Positions 53,293-63,448 of a stretch of 64,000 nt of DNA are shown piece after piece (position 1 is the stretch's first letter; each line of letters opens with the position of its first letter). The position numbers and the translations under genes were made by a program. The notes beneath the pieces were generated by a model, which saw only the letters and a list, made by a program, of their open reading frames with translations, made no database searches and was not told the DNA's origin. The DNA is from an uncultured Actinomycetes bacterium (lineage in GTDB: Bacteria; Actinomycetota; Actinomycetes; Streptosporangiales; Streptosporangiaceae): assembly GCA_963808295.1 (NCBI GenBank), contig CAWEFP010000022.1, positions 111,464-175,463 of the forward strand, in the 5' to 3' direction.

Positions 53293-53367
53293 GAGGGTTC
53301 CAGGGGTCGTCCCCCTCGGCCAGCAATCGGGGGTTCCAGGGGTCGTCCCCCTGAGCCAGCACTGGGG
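53293..53367. repeat. 37-bp hairpin-containing repeat x2 directly after the GH2 stop
   Basis: GGGTTCCAGGGGTCGTCCCCCTCGGCCAGCAATCGG / GGGTTCCAGGGGTCGTCCCCCTGAGCCAGCACTGGGG. The motif is the same as in the carB insertion. Confidence 0.9.
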
Positions 53368-53448
53368 CGCGAGGGATTCCTGGCCACCTCCGGTGGGTAC
53401 GGGGGAAACTTGACCGCCAAGCGCAGCGCCGCACGAGGAGGTAGCCCG

Positions 53449-54508
53449 ATGGGATGTGAGGTTTCGTGGTTCGCCGCACTGTGCGATGACGATTACGAGT
53501 TCCTTGGTGTGCCGGACCCGGCTCTGCAGTCCAGCTGGGAGCACTGCCGCACGATCGCGCTCGCCGCCGAGGCCGGCGGCTACGACAACCTGCTGCTGCC
53601 GTCGGGATACGCGATGGGCATCGACGCGGTGGGCTTCGCGGCCGGCATCGCCCCGCTGCTGCGGCGCATGCAGCTCCTGGTGGCCGTGCGGATGGGCGAG
53701 ATGTGGGCGCCGCAGCTGGCCCGGCAGCTGGCCACACTGGAGCAGATGCTCGGCGGCCGGCTGCACGGTCAACATCATCTCCTCCGACCTGCCGGGCCAG
53801 AAGCTGGAGTCCGTGCCCCGGTACCAGCGCACGCTGGAGATCATGGGCGTGCTGCGCGACCTGCTCGACGGCAAGCCGGTGGATTTCCGCGGGGAGTTCG
53901 TCGACGTGACGCTCGATCCGCCGCGGCTGCGGCCGAGGGGCGGGTGCCCGCCGTTCTACTTCGGCGGCCTGTCCGAGTCCGCGCGCGAGGTGGCCGCGCA
54001 GGCCGCGGACGTGTTCCTGATGTGGCCGGACACCCTGCCCGGGGTGGCGGCGGTGATCGAGGACATGCGGGCGCGGGCGGCGCGGTACGGGCGGGAACTG
54101 CGGTTCGGGTACCGGGCGCACGTGATCGTCCGCTCCACCGAGGCCGAGGCGCGGGCGGCGGCGCGGCGGCTGCTGTCCCGGCTGGACGCGGAGACCGGCG
54201 AGCAGATCCGCCGCCGGTCGCTCGACACCACCTCGGCCGGGAACGCGCGGCAGCGGGAACTGCGGGAGGTGGCCAACAGCGAGGGGTACGCCGAGCCCCA
54301 GCTGTGGACCGGCATCGGCCGGGCGCGTTCGGGCGCGGGGGCCGCCATCGTGGGCGACCCGGACCAGGTGCTGGCCAAGCTGCGGGCGTACCAGGCGCTG
54401 GGCATGGAGGCGTTCATCCTGTCCGGTTACCCGCACGCGGCCGAGGGCGACCTGTTCGCCCGCCATGTGCTGCCTCATCTGGACCACGGGCCCCTCTTCC
54501 CTCGCTGA
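53449..54508 (+). CDS. ssuD: FMNH2-dependent alkanesulfonate monooxygenase (LLM class); 1-nt frame break near 53761-53766
   Basis: GAGGAGG RBS. MGCEVSWFAALCDDDYEFLG... then, in the second frame, TVNIISSDLPG...PPFYFGGLSESAREVAA...LRFGYRAHVIVRSTEAEARAAARRLLSRLD...LWTGIGRARSGAGAAIVGDPDQVLAKLRAYQALGMEAFILSGYPH. It is collinear with my recollection of E. coli SsuD. Confidence 0.85.
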
Positions 54509-55134
54509 ACCTCCCCCAGATGGGCGTTGCGCGCTGAGGAACGCGTCCGGTGGGGTGGCCTCGGGTCAGACGGGCTGAAGCGGAGGCGGACTTGCCCTGG
54601 CGGGTGGTGCTGGGGCAGCCACCGTACGTGGCCCCTGTGGCCATTGCGACTTTTGCGATACGAGGGGCGGCTGGCCCGGCCGTCCATCGGGATTCGGGGC
54701 GACTAGTCCGCGCATGCTGCGGAAAAGCCGCCCCGAATCCGGCCGGGAGGGTCTGGGGGGCGCGGGGGCGGTGAATGCGGGGGCGCGGGGGCCGGGGGCG
54801 ATGCGGACGCCGGTGACCTCCGCGCCGATGTTGCCCGCGATGCGCCGGATGTCGATGGCCGGGGCACTGGTGGACATGGGTCTCCCTTCCGCAGGGTCGC
54901 GCGGCCCGTCCGGCGGGGCACGCATGGCCGTCTCCCTGAGCAAAACACTAGGGCAGAACAATTGTCAATAATTTAGATAGGTTTTGACGACTAAATACAG
55001 CGGCCCCGGGCAGGGGCACCGCGGCCGGCGGGGGCGCCGCCCGGGCGCGGGAGGCGGCATCCGCCGGGGCCGCTGGTCGGCGCGGGCGGCGGCGTCCATG
55101 GGCACCGGGGGCGGCGTCCCGTAAGCTCAGCAGG

Positions 55135-55701
55135 ATGGGCCCGGCAACGACGCTGACGGAACTGGCGGCCGCGCGGTTCGTCATGGCCGTCGACAAGATG
55201 CTCGCCGTGTACACGGCGGCCATGAACCCGGCGGCGTCGCAGCTGGCGGGCAGGCGGTCCATCATGGCCCGGCACGCCACCAACCCCGGTTTCCGCGCGC
55301 TGACCGTGCTCGACGGCGACGGTGAGCCGGTCGCCTTCAGCTACGGCTTCCACGGGGAGCCCGGCCAGTGGTGGCACGACATGGTGAACTACGCGCTGTC
55401 CACGTCGGCCGGGGCGGCCGAGGGCCGGCACTGGCTGACGGACTCGTTCGAGGTGGCCGAACTGCACGTGGTCCCGGCCTACCAGCACCAGGGACTTGGC
55501 CGCAGCCTGCTGTACCGGCTGACCGCCGACCTGGACGAGCCCAGCGCCCTGCTGTCCACGCACGACTCCGAATCGCCCGCGCGGCATCTCTACCGCAGCG
55601 CGGGCTTCGTCGACCTGCTGACCGCCTTCCGGTTCTCCGGCGGCGACCCGCCCTATGCGGTGATGGGCGCCGAGCTGCCGCTGCGCGAGATCCGCTCCTG
55701 A
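55135..55701 (+). CDS. GNAT family N-acetyltransferase
   Basis: [25 protein letters not shown]...[10 protein letters not shown] matches the acetyl-CoA binding motif Q/RxxGxG/A. Confidence 0.8.
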   Translation: MGPATTLTELAAARFVMAVDKMLAVYTAAMNPAASQLAGRRSIMARHATNPGFRALTVLDGDGEPVAFSYGFHGEPGQWWHDMVNYALSTSAGAAEGRHWLTDSFEVAELHVVPAYQHQGLGRSLLYRLTADLDEPSALLSTHDSESPARHLYRSAGFVDLLTAFRFSGGDPPYAVMGAELPLREIRS

Positions 55702-56663
55702 CCGGACGCGCGCATCCGGGCCGCGCGCTCGGCCAGGCCGAGCCGCTGGTAGATCTCCCGGGTGGCCCGTGACCAGTTCAGCGTGTAGAAGTGCAGGCCG
55801 GGGACGCCCTCGGCGAGCAGCCGCTCGCACATCGACGCCGCGTAGTCCACGCCGATCTCGCGCACCGCCGCCCGGTCGTCGGAGACGGCGTGCAGCCGCT
55901 CGGACAGCTCCGGCGGAATCCGGGTGCCGCCCAGCTCCACTGCGCGGTCGACGACCCGAACGCTGGTGATGGGCATGATGCCGGGGATGATCGGCACGTC
56001 ACAGCCGTGCGCCGCGACCCGGTCGCGCAGCCGCAGGTAGTCCTCGGGGTAGAAGAACATCTGCGTGACGGCGAAGTCGGCCCCGGCCCGGCACTTGCCG
56101 ACGAAGTACTCGACGTCGGAGTCGAGGTCGGGTGAGCGGGGGTGCTTCTCGGGGAAGGCGGCGACGCCGACGCAGAAGTCACCGGCCGACCGGATCAGGC
56201 GGACCAGGTCGTCGGCGTGGGCCAGGCCCTCGGGGTGCGCCGTCCACTGCCCGTTGGGGTCGCCGGGCGGGTCGCCGCGCAGCGCCAGCATGTTGCGCAC
56301 GCCGACCGCCGCGTAGGAGCCGATGACGTGCCGCAGCTCCGCGACCGAGTGGCTCACCGCGGTCAGGTGCCCGACCGGGGTCAGCGTGGTCTCCTCGGCG
56401 ATCCGGCCGGTCACGCGGACCGTGCGGTCGCGGGTCGAGCCGCCCGCGCCGTAGGTCACCGAGACGAACGTCGGCCGCAGCGGCTCGAGCTGCCGGATCG
56501 CGCGCCAGAGCTGCAGCTCCTCGGCGTCGGTCTTCGGCGGCATGAACTCGAACGAGAACGACTCACCGCCGGCCGCGATCAGGTCCCGGATCACGGCGGC
56601 GTGCCGGGCCAGGCGGGCCGGGGCATCGGCGGGCGCGGCGGAGCGCCGCGGGCGAGGAGGCAT
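55653..56663 (-). CDS. metF: methylenetetrahydrofolate reductase
   Basis: [14 protein letters not shown]...[17 protein letters not shown]...GHLTAV...[10 protein letters not shown]...VAAFPEKHP...FAVTQMFF...HFYTLN. Confidence 0.9.
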   Translation of the reverse strand: MPPRPRRSAAPADAPARLARHAAVIRDLIAAGGESFSFEFMPPKTDAEELQLWRAIRQLEPLRPTFVSVTYGAGGSTRDRTVRVTGRIAEETTLTPVGHLTAVSHSVAELRHVIGSYAAVGVRNMLALRGDPPGDPNGQWTAHPEGLAHADDLVRLIRSAGDFCVGVAAFPEKHPRSPDLDSDVEYFVGKCRAGADFAVTQMFFYPEDYLRLRDRVAAHGCDVPIIPGIMPITSVRVVDRAVELGGTRIPPELSERLHAVSDDRAAVREIGVDYAASMCERLLAEGVPGLHFYTLNWSRATREIYQRLGLAERAARMRASGQERISRSGSSAPITA

Positions 56664-56705
56664 GCCTCAGGGTAACCGCTGAGCGCCCATCCGTGCCACG
56701 ACACC

Positions 56706-57353
56706 CTACGGCGCGGCGCGCAGCCGGGCGGCGAACGCGGCCGCGGCGGCGGCCGGGTCCGCGGCGTCGGTGAGCGCGCGGACCACCACCACCCGCCGCG
56801 CGCCCGCCGCCAGCACCTGGCCGAGGTTGTCCAGGGTGATCCCGCCGATCGCGAACCAGGGGCGGCGGGTGCCCAGCGTGGCGGCGTAGCGCAGCAGCGG
56901 CAGCCCGGGCGCGGCCCGGCCCGGCTTGGTCGGGGTCGGCCAGACCGGGCCCGTGCAGAAGTAGTCGACGCCGGGGGCGGCGGCTTCGGCGGCCGTTTCC
57001 GGCTCGGCGTGCGAGGAACGGCCGATCAGCGGCCCGGGGCCGACGATGGCCCGGGCCACGGCGACCGGGAGATCGTCCTGGCCCAGATGCAGGATGTCGG
57101 CCCCGGCGGCGTACGCCAGGTCGGCGCGGTCGTTGACGGCGAAGAGCGCGCCGTGCCGGGCCGCCTTCTCCCGGAACACCTCAAGGAACGCGAGTTCCTG
57201 CGCCGCCTCCAGGCCCTTCTGCCGGAGCTGGATGACGTCCACCCCGGCGCCGAGCACCGCGTCGAGGAAGTCCGGCAGGTCGCCGTGGCGCTCCCGGGCG
57301 TCCGTGCACAGGTAGAGCCGCGCGTCCGCGAGCCGGTCCCGGAGCCCCGGCAC
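56706..57353 (-). CDS. thiE: thiamine-phosphate synthase
   Basis: [35 protein letters not shown]...[24 protein letters not shown]...GRSSH...[16 protein letters not shown]...FAIGGI. A GTG start at about 57353 follows the ohr stop. Confidence 0.85.
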   Translation of the reverse strand: MPGLRDRLADARLYLCTDARERHGDLPDFLDAVLGAGVDVIQLRQKGLEAAQELAFLEVFREKAARHGALFAVNDRADLAYAAGADILHLGQDDLPVAVARAIVGPGPLIGRSSHAEPETAAEAAAPGVDYFCTGPVWPTPTKPGRAAPGLPLLRYAATLGTRRPWFAIGGITLDNLGQVLAAGARRVVVVRALTDAADPAAAAAAFAARLRAAP

Positions 57354-57358
57354 CGGGG

Positions 57359-57814
57359 TCAGGCGGGCTGGCCGGTGGCGGCGGCCGGCCCGGTGAGCCG
57401 CAGCTCCACGCTGATGTTGCCGCGCGTCGCCCGTGAGTACGGGCAGACCTGGTGGGCCGCCTCGGCGACCTCCCTGGCCTGCTCGGGCCCGACGTTCGGC
57501 AGGTGGATCTCCAGCGTGACGACCAGGTCGAACGCGTCGCCTTCGGGCCCGATGCCCACGTACGCGGTGACCGTGGAGCCGTCCACGTCGGCCCCGGTCC
57601 GGCGGCCGACCGCGCGCAGGGCGCTGTGGTAGCACGCCGCGTACCCGGCGGCGAAGAGCTCCTCGGGATTGGCGCCGTTACCCGACCCGCCCATCTCGGG
57701 CGGCAGCGCGAGATCGAGGTCGATCCGGCCGTCGGACGACGTGACGTGGCCGTTCCGGCCGTCGCCCGTCGACGTGGCTGCGGCGGTGTAGAGGACTTTC
57801 TCAGGCATGACCAA
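57359..57814 (-). CDS. ohr: organic hydroperoxide resistance protein (OsmC/Ohr family)
   Basis: [22 protein letters not shown]...[18 protein letters not shown]...[15 protein letters not shown], with the two conserved Cys. Confidence 0.85.
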   Translation of the reverse strand: MVMPEKVLYTAAATSTGDGRNGHVTSSDGRIDLDLALPPEMGGSGNGANPEELFAAGYAACYHSALRAVGRRTGADVDGSTVTAYVGIGPEGDAFDLVVTLEIHLPNVGPEQAREVAEAAHQVCPYSRATRGNISVELRLTGPAAATGQPA

Positions 57815-57947
57815 CCACCCTCAAGGCTCCGGAATGGGACTCACGCGGGCGTTCACGGCGGCGGCCGTGCCCTGCGTCAGCCCGGCCGCGCTGCCGCCCA
57901 TGCTAGGGGACGGCGGATCACGCCGCCGCCCCGGTGAGCGGGCAGGC

Positions 57948-58610
57948 TCAGCGCGCCGGACCGGCCGCGAGCAGTTGCCGCAGCGCGGCGGCCGAGGTGA
58001 ACTGGACGGCCGCGATCCCGGCCGCCTTCGCGCCGGCCACGTTCGCCGCGACGTCATCGATGAAGAGGCAGTCCCCGGCGGCGACGCCGAACCGCCGCAG
58101 CGCGAGCGCGAAGATCCGCGGGTCGGGCTTGCACACGCCGACGGCGCTGGAAAGAACAATGTCCTTGAAGCAATGCAGGACGGGATAGGCGTCCAGCGTG
58201 GCCGGCCACACCTCGCCGGGAAAATTGGATATGGCGTACAGTTCCCGTCCCGATCCGGCCAATTCGGTGACGAGCTCGCTGGTACCGGGAATGGCACCGC
58301 CGAGCATTTCCGGCCAGCGATCCCAGTAGGCGCTGATCAGCCCGGCGTGGGCGGGATAGCGCGCGGCCAGCTCCGCGACCGCTTCCGCGGCCGGCTTGCC
58401 GGTGTCCATCTGCATGTTCCAGGCCGGGCTGCACACCTCGGTCAGGAACCATTCGCGCGTCTGCTCGTCGGGGATCAGCTTGCGGAAAAGGTGGCGGGGG
58501 TTCCAGTCCAGGACGACACCGCCCAGATCGAAGATGAGCACCGGCCGGGACGCCAGCCACGCTGGATCGCCGGTCTGCTCCGCGGCGGCGGCGTCGCCAC
58601 GTTCGTCCAT
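57948..58610 (-). CDS. HAD-superfamily hydrolase (subfamily IA)
   Basis: VLIFDLGGVVLDW (DxG motif I), AISNF, CKPDPRIF and FIDDVAANVAGA. Confidence 0.8.
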   Translation of the reverse strand: MDERGDAAAAEQTGDPAWLASRPVLIFDLGGVVLDWNPRHLFRKLIPDEQTREWFLTEVCSPAWNMQMDTGKPAAEAVAELAARYPAHAGLISAYWDRWPEMLGGAIPGTSELVTELAGSGRELYAISNFPGEVWPATLDAYPVLHCFKDIVLSSAVGVCKPDPRIFALALRRFGVAAGDCLFIDDVAANVAGAKAAGIAAVQFTSAAALRQLLAAGPAR

Positions 58611-58638
58611 CTCCTGGCCCCTCCCGTTCGGTGTGTGA

Positions 58639-60162
58639 TCACGGGCCCGCGGGCGGCAGCACCGGCAGGCCGGCCGGCGCGCCCCCGCTGATCAGCCGCG
58701 CGAGCGCCGCGGTGTCGAGGTGGTCGGCGACCAGATCGCCGAGCGCGTCCAGCCGCGCCTCGCGCAGCTTCGCGAAGTCGGTATCGGGCGCGGGCGTGAA
58801 ATCGCGGCCCGCCAGGCGCGCCACCTCGGCCAGGAACGCCCGCCTGAACTCGTCGTTTTCCATCGTGCCATGCCAGCTCGTGCCCCATACCGCGCCGCCG
58901 GGGCCGGCCCGGCAGCCGTCGAGGAACGGCTCGCCGCCCGCGCCGGTGAGCCGGACGACGCCGTGGTGGATCTCGTATCCGGCCACGGTGGTGCCCAGCG
59001 CGCGGCCCACCGGCCGTCCCAGGTGCTTGTCCGCGCCGAACTCCACCCGGGCCGGGAGCAGCCCCAGCCCGGCGACCGCACCCGCGCCGGATTCCACCCG
59101 GTCCTCGATCTGACCGGCCAGCATCTGGTACCCCCCGCAGATGCCGAGCACCGGCCGGCCCGCCCGCGCCCGCCCGGCGATCACCGCCGCGAGCCCGCGC
59201 TCGCGCAGCCACGCCAGGTCCGCGACGGTCGCCCGGGAGCCGGGCAGCACGACCAGGTCGGCGTCGGCCAGCTCGGCCGGCTCGCGGGCCAGCCGGACGA
59301 GCACGCCCGGCTCGGCGGCGAGCGCATCGATGTCAGTGAAGTTGCTGATCCGCGGGAGCCTGACCACGCTGATCCGCAGCACATCACGGCCGAACGGGCC
59401 TGGCGAGGAGCCCGCCAGGCCGCCGGAGCCGGCCGGCCGGGAGAGCGCGAGCGAGTCCTCCGCGTCGAGCCAGAGGTTCTCGGCCCAGGGCAGGACGCCG
59501 AGCAGCGGGCGGCCGGTGAGGCGCCCCAGCATGGCGATCCCGCTGTCCAGCAGTTCGGGCGCGCCGCGGAACTTGTTGATGACGAAGCCGGAGACGAGCT
59601 CCTGATCGGCGGGCGGCATGAGCGCCAGCGTCCCGTACAGCGCCGCGAACACGCCGCCCCGGTCGATGTCACCCACGACGATGACGGGCAGCCCGGCGGC
59701 CCGGGCCAGCCCCATGTTCGCGACGTCGGTGTCCCGCAGGTTGATCTCCGCCGGGCTGCCGGCCCCCTCGCAGATCACCACGTCGAACTCGCGGCGCAGC
59801 CTGGCCAGGCTGGCCAGCGCGACCTCGCGGAGGTCTTTCGCCATCGACCGGTAGGAGACCGCGTCGGCCTCGGCGGCGGGCCGGCCGAGGACGACGACCT
59901 GGCTGCGCCGGTCGCTGCCCGGCTTGAGCAGGACCGGGTTCATGTCCGCGGTCGGCTCGACACCGGCCGCGGCGGCCTGCATGACCTGGGCCCGGCCGAT
60001 CTCCGCGCCGCCGGGCGTGACGAAGGAGTTGAGCGACATGTTCTGCGCCTTGAACGGCGCCACCTTCAGGCCCTGGCGGGCCAGCCAGCGGCACAGCCCG
60101 GCCGTGATCACGCTCTTGCCGGCGTCGGAGCTGGTCCCCGCGACGAGCAGCGCCCCCCTCAC
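58639..60162 (-). CDS. cobQ: cobyric acid synthase
   Basis: [42 protein letters not shown]...[13 protein letters not shown]...GICGGYQML. Confidence 0.9.
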   Translation of the reverse strand: MRGALLVAGTSSDAGKSVITAGLCRWLARQGLKVAPFKAQNMSLNSFVTPGGAEIGRAQVMQAAAAGVEPTADMNPVLLKPGSDRRSQVVVLGRPAAEADAVSYRSMAKDLREVALASLARLRREFDVVICEGAGSPAEINLRDTDVANMGLARAAGLPVIVVGDIDRGGVFAALYGTLALMPPADQELVSGFVINKFRGAPELLDSGIAMLGRLTGRPLLGVLPWAENLWLDAEDSLALSRPAGSGGLAGSSPGPFGRDVLRISVVRLPRISNFTDIDALAAEPGVLVRLAREPAELADADLVVLPGSRATVADLAWLRERGLAAVIAGRARAGRPVLGICGGYQMLAGQIEDRVESGAGAVAGLGLLPARVEFGADKHLGRPVGRALGTTVAGYEIHHGVVRLTGAGGEPFLDGCRAGPGGAVWGTSWHGTMENDEFRRAFLAEVARLAGRDFTPAPDTDFAKLREARLDALGDLVADHLDTAALARLISGGAPAGLPVLPPAGP

Positions 60163-61304
60163 CGGCGCCCGGCCAGGGCGGCGAGGGCGGCCAGGGCGGC
60201 GGCGGTGACCGTGACGGCGCGGGACAGGCGCGCCACGCGGCGGATGTCGCGGGGCTCGGGCGGGCGGCCGTCGCCGAGTTCGGGCCGGTACTGCGGGACG
60301 CCGTGGTAGGCGCTGGCCCCGCCGAGCCGCAGGCCGAGCGCGCCGGCGAAGGCCGCCTCCGGCCGGCCCGCGTTCGGGCTGGGATGCTGCCCGCCGTCGC
60401 GGACGGCGGCGCGCAGCGACCCGCAGGGGCTTCCGCCGACGGCCGGCGCGCAGGCCGCGGCGAGCACCGCCGTCAGGCGCGCGGGGGCCCAGTTGGCCAC
60501 GTCGTCGAGGCGCGCCGCGGCCCAGCCGAACCGCTCGTAGCGCGGTGACCGGTAGCCCACCATCGCGTCCAGCGTATTCACCGCGCGGTAGGCGGCCAGG
60601 CCAGGCAGACCGGCCAGCGCGCCCCAGACCAGCGGGGCGACCGCCGCGTCGCTGGTGTTCTCGGCCACGGATTCCACCACGGCGCGCGCGAGGTCCTTCG
60701 CGCCGAGCTGGTCCGGGTCGCGGCTGCAGAGCCCCGGAAGCATCGCGCGGGCCGCCGCCAGATCGTTGGTATCCAGCGCGTCTGCGGTCCGTTCGGCTTC
60801 ATGGCGAAGCGAACGGGCACCGGTGACCGCCCAGACGGTGGCCGCGACGGCGGCGGCGCGCGGCAGCGGCCGGCCGCGGGTGAGGCGGTGCGCGGCCACG
60901 GCGGGCAGCGCGGCGGCCAGCACGCAGGCGCCGGCGTGCACCGAGCCGCGGCGCCGGCTGTCCGCGTACATGCGCGATTCCAGCCGCGCGGCGGCGCGGC
61001 CGAAGGCGGCCACGGGGTGCCCGCGGCGCGGGTCGCCGAGCAGCGCGTCCAGCGCCACACCCGCGGCCAGGCCGCCCGCCAGCGCCCAGTCCCGGCGCGG
61101 GCCCCGGCCCAGGCGCGGGCCGTGGCCCAGGCGCGGGCCGTGGCCCAGGCGCGGGCCGTGGCCCAGGCGCGGGCCGTGGCCCGGCGCGGGCCGTGGCCCC
61201 GGGAGGGCCAGCCAGCTGGTCCCGCCGAGGGCCAGGAGGCTCGTCCTCGGGAGGGCCAGCCGGCTCGCCGCGTCACCCGGCACCGCCCGGCGCCTGCCCC
61301 TCAC
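60159..61304 (-). CDS. cbiB: adenosylcobinamide-phosphate synthase (CbiB/CobD) with a repeat-encoded N-terminal extension
   Basis: The core reads [22 protein letters not shown]...[49 protein letters not shown]. It is preceded by [28 protein letters not shown]. No canonical start lies between the repeats and the core. Confidence 0.8.
   Translation of the reverse strand: MRGRRRAVPGDAASRLALPRTSLLALGGTSWLALPGPRPAPGHGPRLGHGPRLGHGPRLGHGPRLGRGPRRDWALAGGLAAGVALDALLGDPRRGHPVAAFGRAAARLESRMYADSRRRGSVHAGACVLAAALPAVAAHRLTRGRPLPRAAAVAATVWAVTGARSLRHEAERTADALDTNDLAAARAMLPGLCSRDPDQLGAKDLARAVVESVAENTSDAAVAPLVWGALAGLPGLAAYRAVNTLDAMVGYRSPRYERFGWAAARLDDVANWAPARLTAVLAAACAPAVGGSPCGSLRAAVRDGGQHPSPNAGRPEAAFAGALGLRLGGASAYHGVPQYRPELGDGRPPEPRDIRRVARLSRAVTVTAAALAALAALAGRR
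61093..61270. repeat. 18-bp tandem repeat x4-5 plus flanking gggagggccagcc repeats at the cbiB 5' end
   Basis: gcccaggcgcgggccgtg occurs x4 with one 17-nt variant. gggagggccagccagctgg / gggagggccagccggctcg follow. Confidence 0.9.
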
Positions 61305-61405
61305 ACATCACAGCATCCGACCTTAGGCGAAACCACCGTGGTGTGGCCCGGCTCCCGCGGGTAACCGGGTGCGGGTTCGCGCGGCTGCCGGGGCTGGCTC
61401 GGCGC

Positions 61406-62281
61406 TCACCACGGCCGGCGGTCCGGCCGGCGCAGGCGCGCCTCGATCTCCGGCCGGTGGCGCTCCAGCCACACCGCCGAGCGCAGCAGCCGCTCCCCCA
61501 CCCCGGCGTCGAGCATGCCGATCCAGGCCCCGCCCTGCATGCGGGCCCGCTGGGCAATGGTGTCCCGCGAACGGCGCAGCCACCGGCTGGCCACCGAGAC
61601 GAGACGGGCCCGTTCGGCGTAGGGAAGGCCGTACGCCTCGCAGAAGACCGCGATCCGGGCCGGGGCGTCGGCGTTCTTCAGCGCCGGATCGCGGTCGGCG
61701 GGCGCGGCGATCGGGGCCCAGTGGCGCAGCGTCTGGACGATGTCGACCAGCCGTGTCCCGGGCCGTGCCAGATCGAAGTCGATGAGAGCGTACGGCCGGG
61801 GGCCGTCCGGCCCGGGGCGGAAGATGACGTTCTCCAGGTTCACGTCGCAGTGGCAGACGATGCCCGGCGGGCCGTCGACGAGCCGGGTCAGCTCGCCGTC
61901 CCACCGCGCCCAGGCGGGTGGCTCGAAGCCGGCGACCGCCTCGTGATAACGCAGAAGCAGTTCGGCCAGGGAGACCAGGGTCGAGTCGGCGGTGACGAAC
62001 GCCGCGCGCGGGCGCCGGGCCACCACGCCGGGCAGGTAGGTCAGGACCTCCCGATTCCTCGCATCGACCCCGAGCACACGCGGGGCTCCCTCGAAGCCGG
62101 CGGCTTCGAGGTGCCGCAGTAATGCGTGCACCGCGGCGGTGTGCGGCCGGACCGGGCGCCGGACGGTTCCGCCGACGCGGACGACGCCTCTGGTCATGTC
62201 ACCGCCGAGGAGGGGAATTTCGGCGGCCTCGGGGTCGGCGCTGACGTAGGGGCACGGCAGCACGGCGCTCTCCGCGGCCAA
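61406..62281 (-). CDS. aminoglycoside/choline-kinase-like phosphotransferase (APH family)
   Basis: GIVCHCDVNLENVIFRPG (HxDxxxxN catalytic loop) and ALIDFDLARPG (DFD). Confidence 0.75.
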   Translation of the reverse strand: MAAESAVLPCPYVSADPEAAEIPLLGGDMTRGVVRVGGTVRRPVRPHTAAVHALLRHLEAAGFEGAPRVLGVDARNREVLTYLPGVVARRPRAAFVTADSTLVSLAELLLRYHEAVAGFEPPAWARWDGELTRLVDGPPGIVCHCDVNLENVIFRPGPDGPRPYALIDFDLARPGTRLVDIVQTLRHWAPIAAPADRDPALKNADAPARIAVFCEAYGLPYAERARLVSVASRWLRRSRDTIAQRARMQGGAWIGMLDAGVGERLLRSAVWLERHRPEIEARLRRPDRRPW

Positions 62282-62485
62282 GGGGCTCTCCGCGGCGAAG
62301 GGGCTCTCCGCGGCGAAGGGAGCGCCGGTAACGCCGCCGTCGTGGCCGCACTCCCCGGCGTTCCGCTCCCCGAGCGCCCCGGCGTTCCGCGCCCTCAGCG
62401 CCTCGGCGTTCCGCGCCCTCAGCGGCCCCGGCGTTCCGCGCCCTCAGCGGCCCGGCGTTCCGCGCCCCGAGCGGCCCGGCGCGTT
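62265..62485. repeat. two adjacent tandem arrays (18-bp x3; ~21-22-bp x5-6) at the APH gene 5' end
   Basis: ggggctctccgcggcgaa occurs x3, then ccggcgttccgcgccctcagcg-type units. The block ends in the hairpin TTCCGC-agc-GCGGAA. Confidence 0.85.
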
Positions 62486-63124
62486 TCCGCAGCGCGGAAC
62501 GGGCCTTGAGCGTTTGGCTGCGGTCCAGCAGTTCGCCGGAATGCTCGCGCAGCACGCCGGCGAAGGCCCGGATAAGGTCGAGGCGGTCGGACACCGACCG
62601 GATCTGACGCCAGGCTGTACCGGTGTCATCGGCGTCATCGGCCAGCCCGTCGGGGGGGCTGGCTGCTCCGTCATGCTCCGCCAACGCGTCATCCGGCGCA
62701 TCGGCCCCGGCCTGACGGCTGGTAAGTAAATCCCTAATAGGTGGTTTTTCCACGAACATCATGAAAAGTGACGATAAGCGGTTACTGCCCGAAATTGCTA
62801 GATGTCACTGAGGTAATGGTGAACCCTTTGGCTTTCAATTTGTGTAACTGCAGGCAACACCGACCGCAGGGATCACATTGGCATCTTCAGCTGCCGGGGA
62901 TGCCACTTGCCTCATGTGACCGTTATGGCACCGGGGCACCGGATAGGGACATTCGGCGCACGGGGACGCCCAGCCCAGAATGGTCGGTCGATGCTTGTTC
63001 CGGTCCATTGCGCCTGGGGCTGGGCGACGCGGGCCGAAGCCACGTTCGGCCGGGTTGGGCGAGGTTGGGCGAGGCGCGGGAGCGTGAGATGCTGGAATGC
63101 GCCGGGGGATGCTGAATGGCGTTC

Positions 63125-63215
63125 GGGTCGTGTCCGGTCAGGGCGTCCAGGGCGTGTCCGGGCCGGGCGTCCAGGGAGTGTCCGGCCAAGGATGCGGGGC
63201 GTGTCCGGCCAGGGG
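63125..63215. repeat. degenerate GTCCAGGG.GTGTCCGG-type repeats upstream of the tRNA
   Basis: ggtcgtgtccggtcagggc gtccagggcgtgtccgggccgggc gtccagggagtgtccggccaagg ggggcgtgtccggccagggg. The units resemble the third unit of the carB insertion (TCCAGGGGAGTCGTCCCCCGG). Confidence 0.6.
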
Positions 63216-63322
63216 CGCAGGCACGGTCGCTGGCGGTGAAGCACCCGGCCCGGTCGCCGCGATGTAGAGCGAACCTGCCTGTGGCCGACACGTGACCTTT
63301 GACATGCACAATGTTGTGCCGG

Positions 63323-63396
63323 GCGCCCGTAGCTCAGTCGGATAGAGCAGCTGCCTTCTAAGCAGCAGGTCGCAGGTTCGAGTCCTGCCGGGCGCG
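63323..63396 (+). tRNA. tRNA-Arg (anticodon UCU)
   Basis: A manual cloverleaf fold works: acceptor GCGCCCG/CGGGCGC, D arm GCTC-AGTCGGATA-GAGC, anticodon arm GCTGC-CTTCTAA-GCAGC (anticodon TCT), variable AGGTC, T arm GCAGG-TTCGAGT-CCTGC, discriminator G. No CCA is encoded. Confidence 0.9.
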
Positions 63397-63448
63397 CTCA
63401 CCGGAAATCCCAGGTCAGCGACCATATTGGTGTGTCCGCAGTCGACGC

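Noticed and set aside
54790-54880. TauD/TfdA dioxygenase N-terminal fragment as an annotated pseudogene
   Set aside because: Only about 28 residues (MSTSAPAIDIRRIAGNIGAEVTGVRI) resemble the family, which is too short to support a feature. It is kept only as a low-interest note in the findings.
62199-62762. 187-aa ORF upstream of the APH gene as a confident CDS
   Set aside because: Half of it is translation of tandem repeats, it overlaps the APH start, and I recognise no family for the N-terminal half. It was left out of the feature list and discussed only as a finding.
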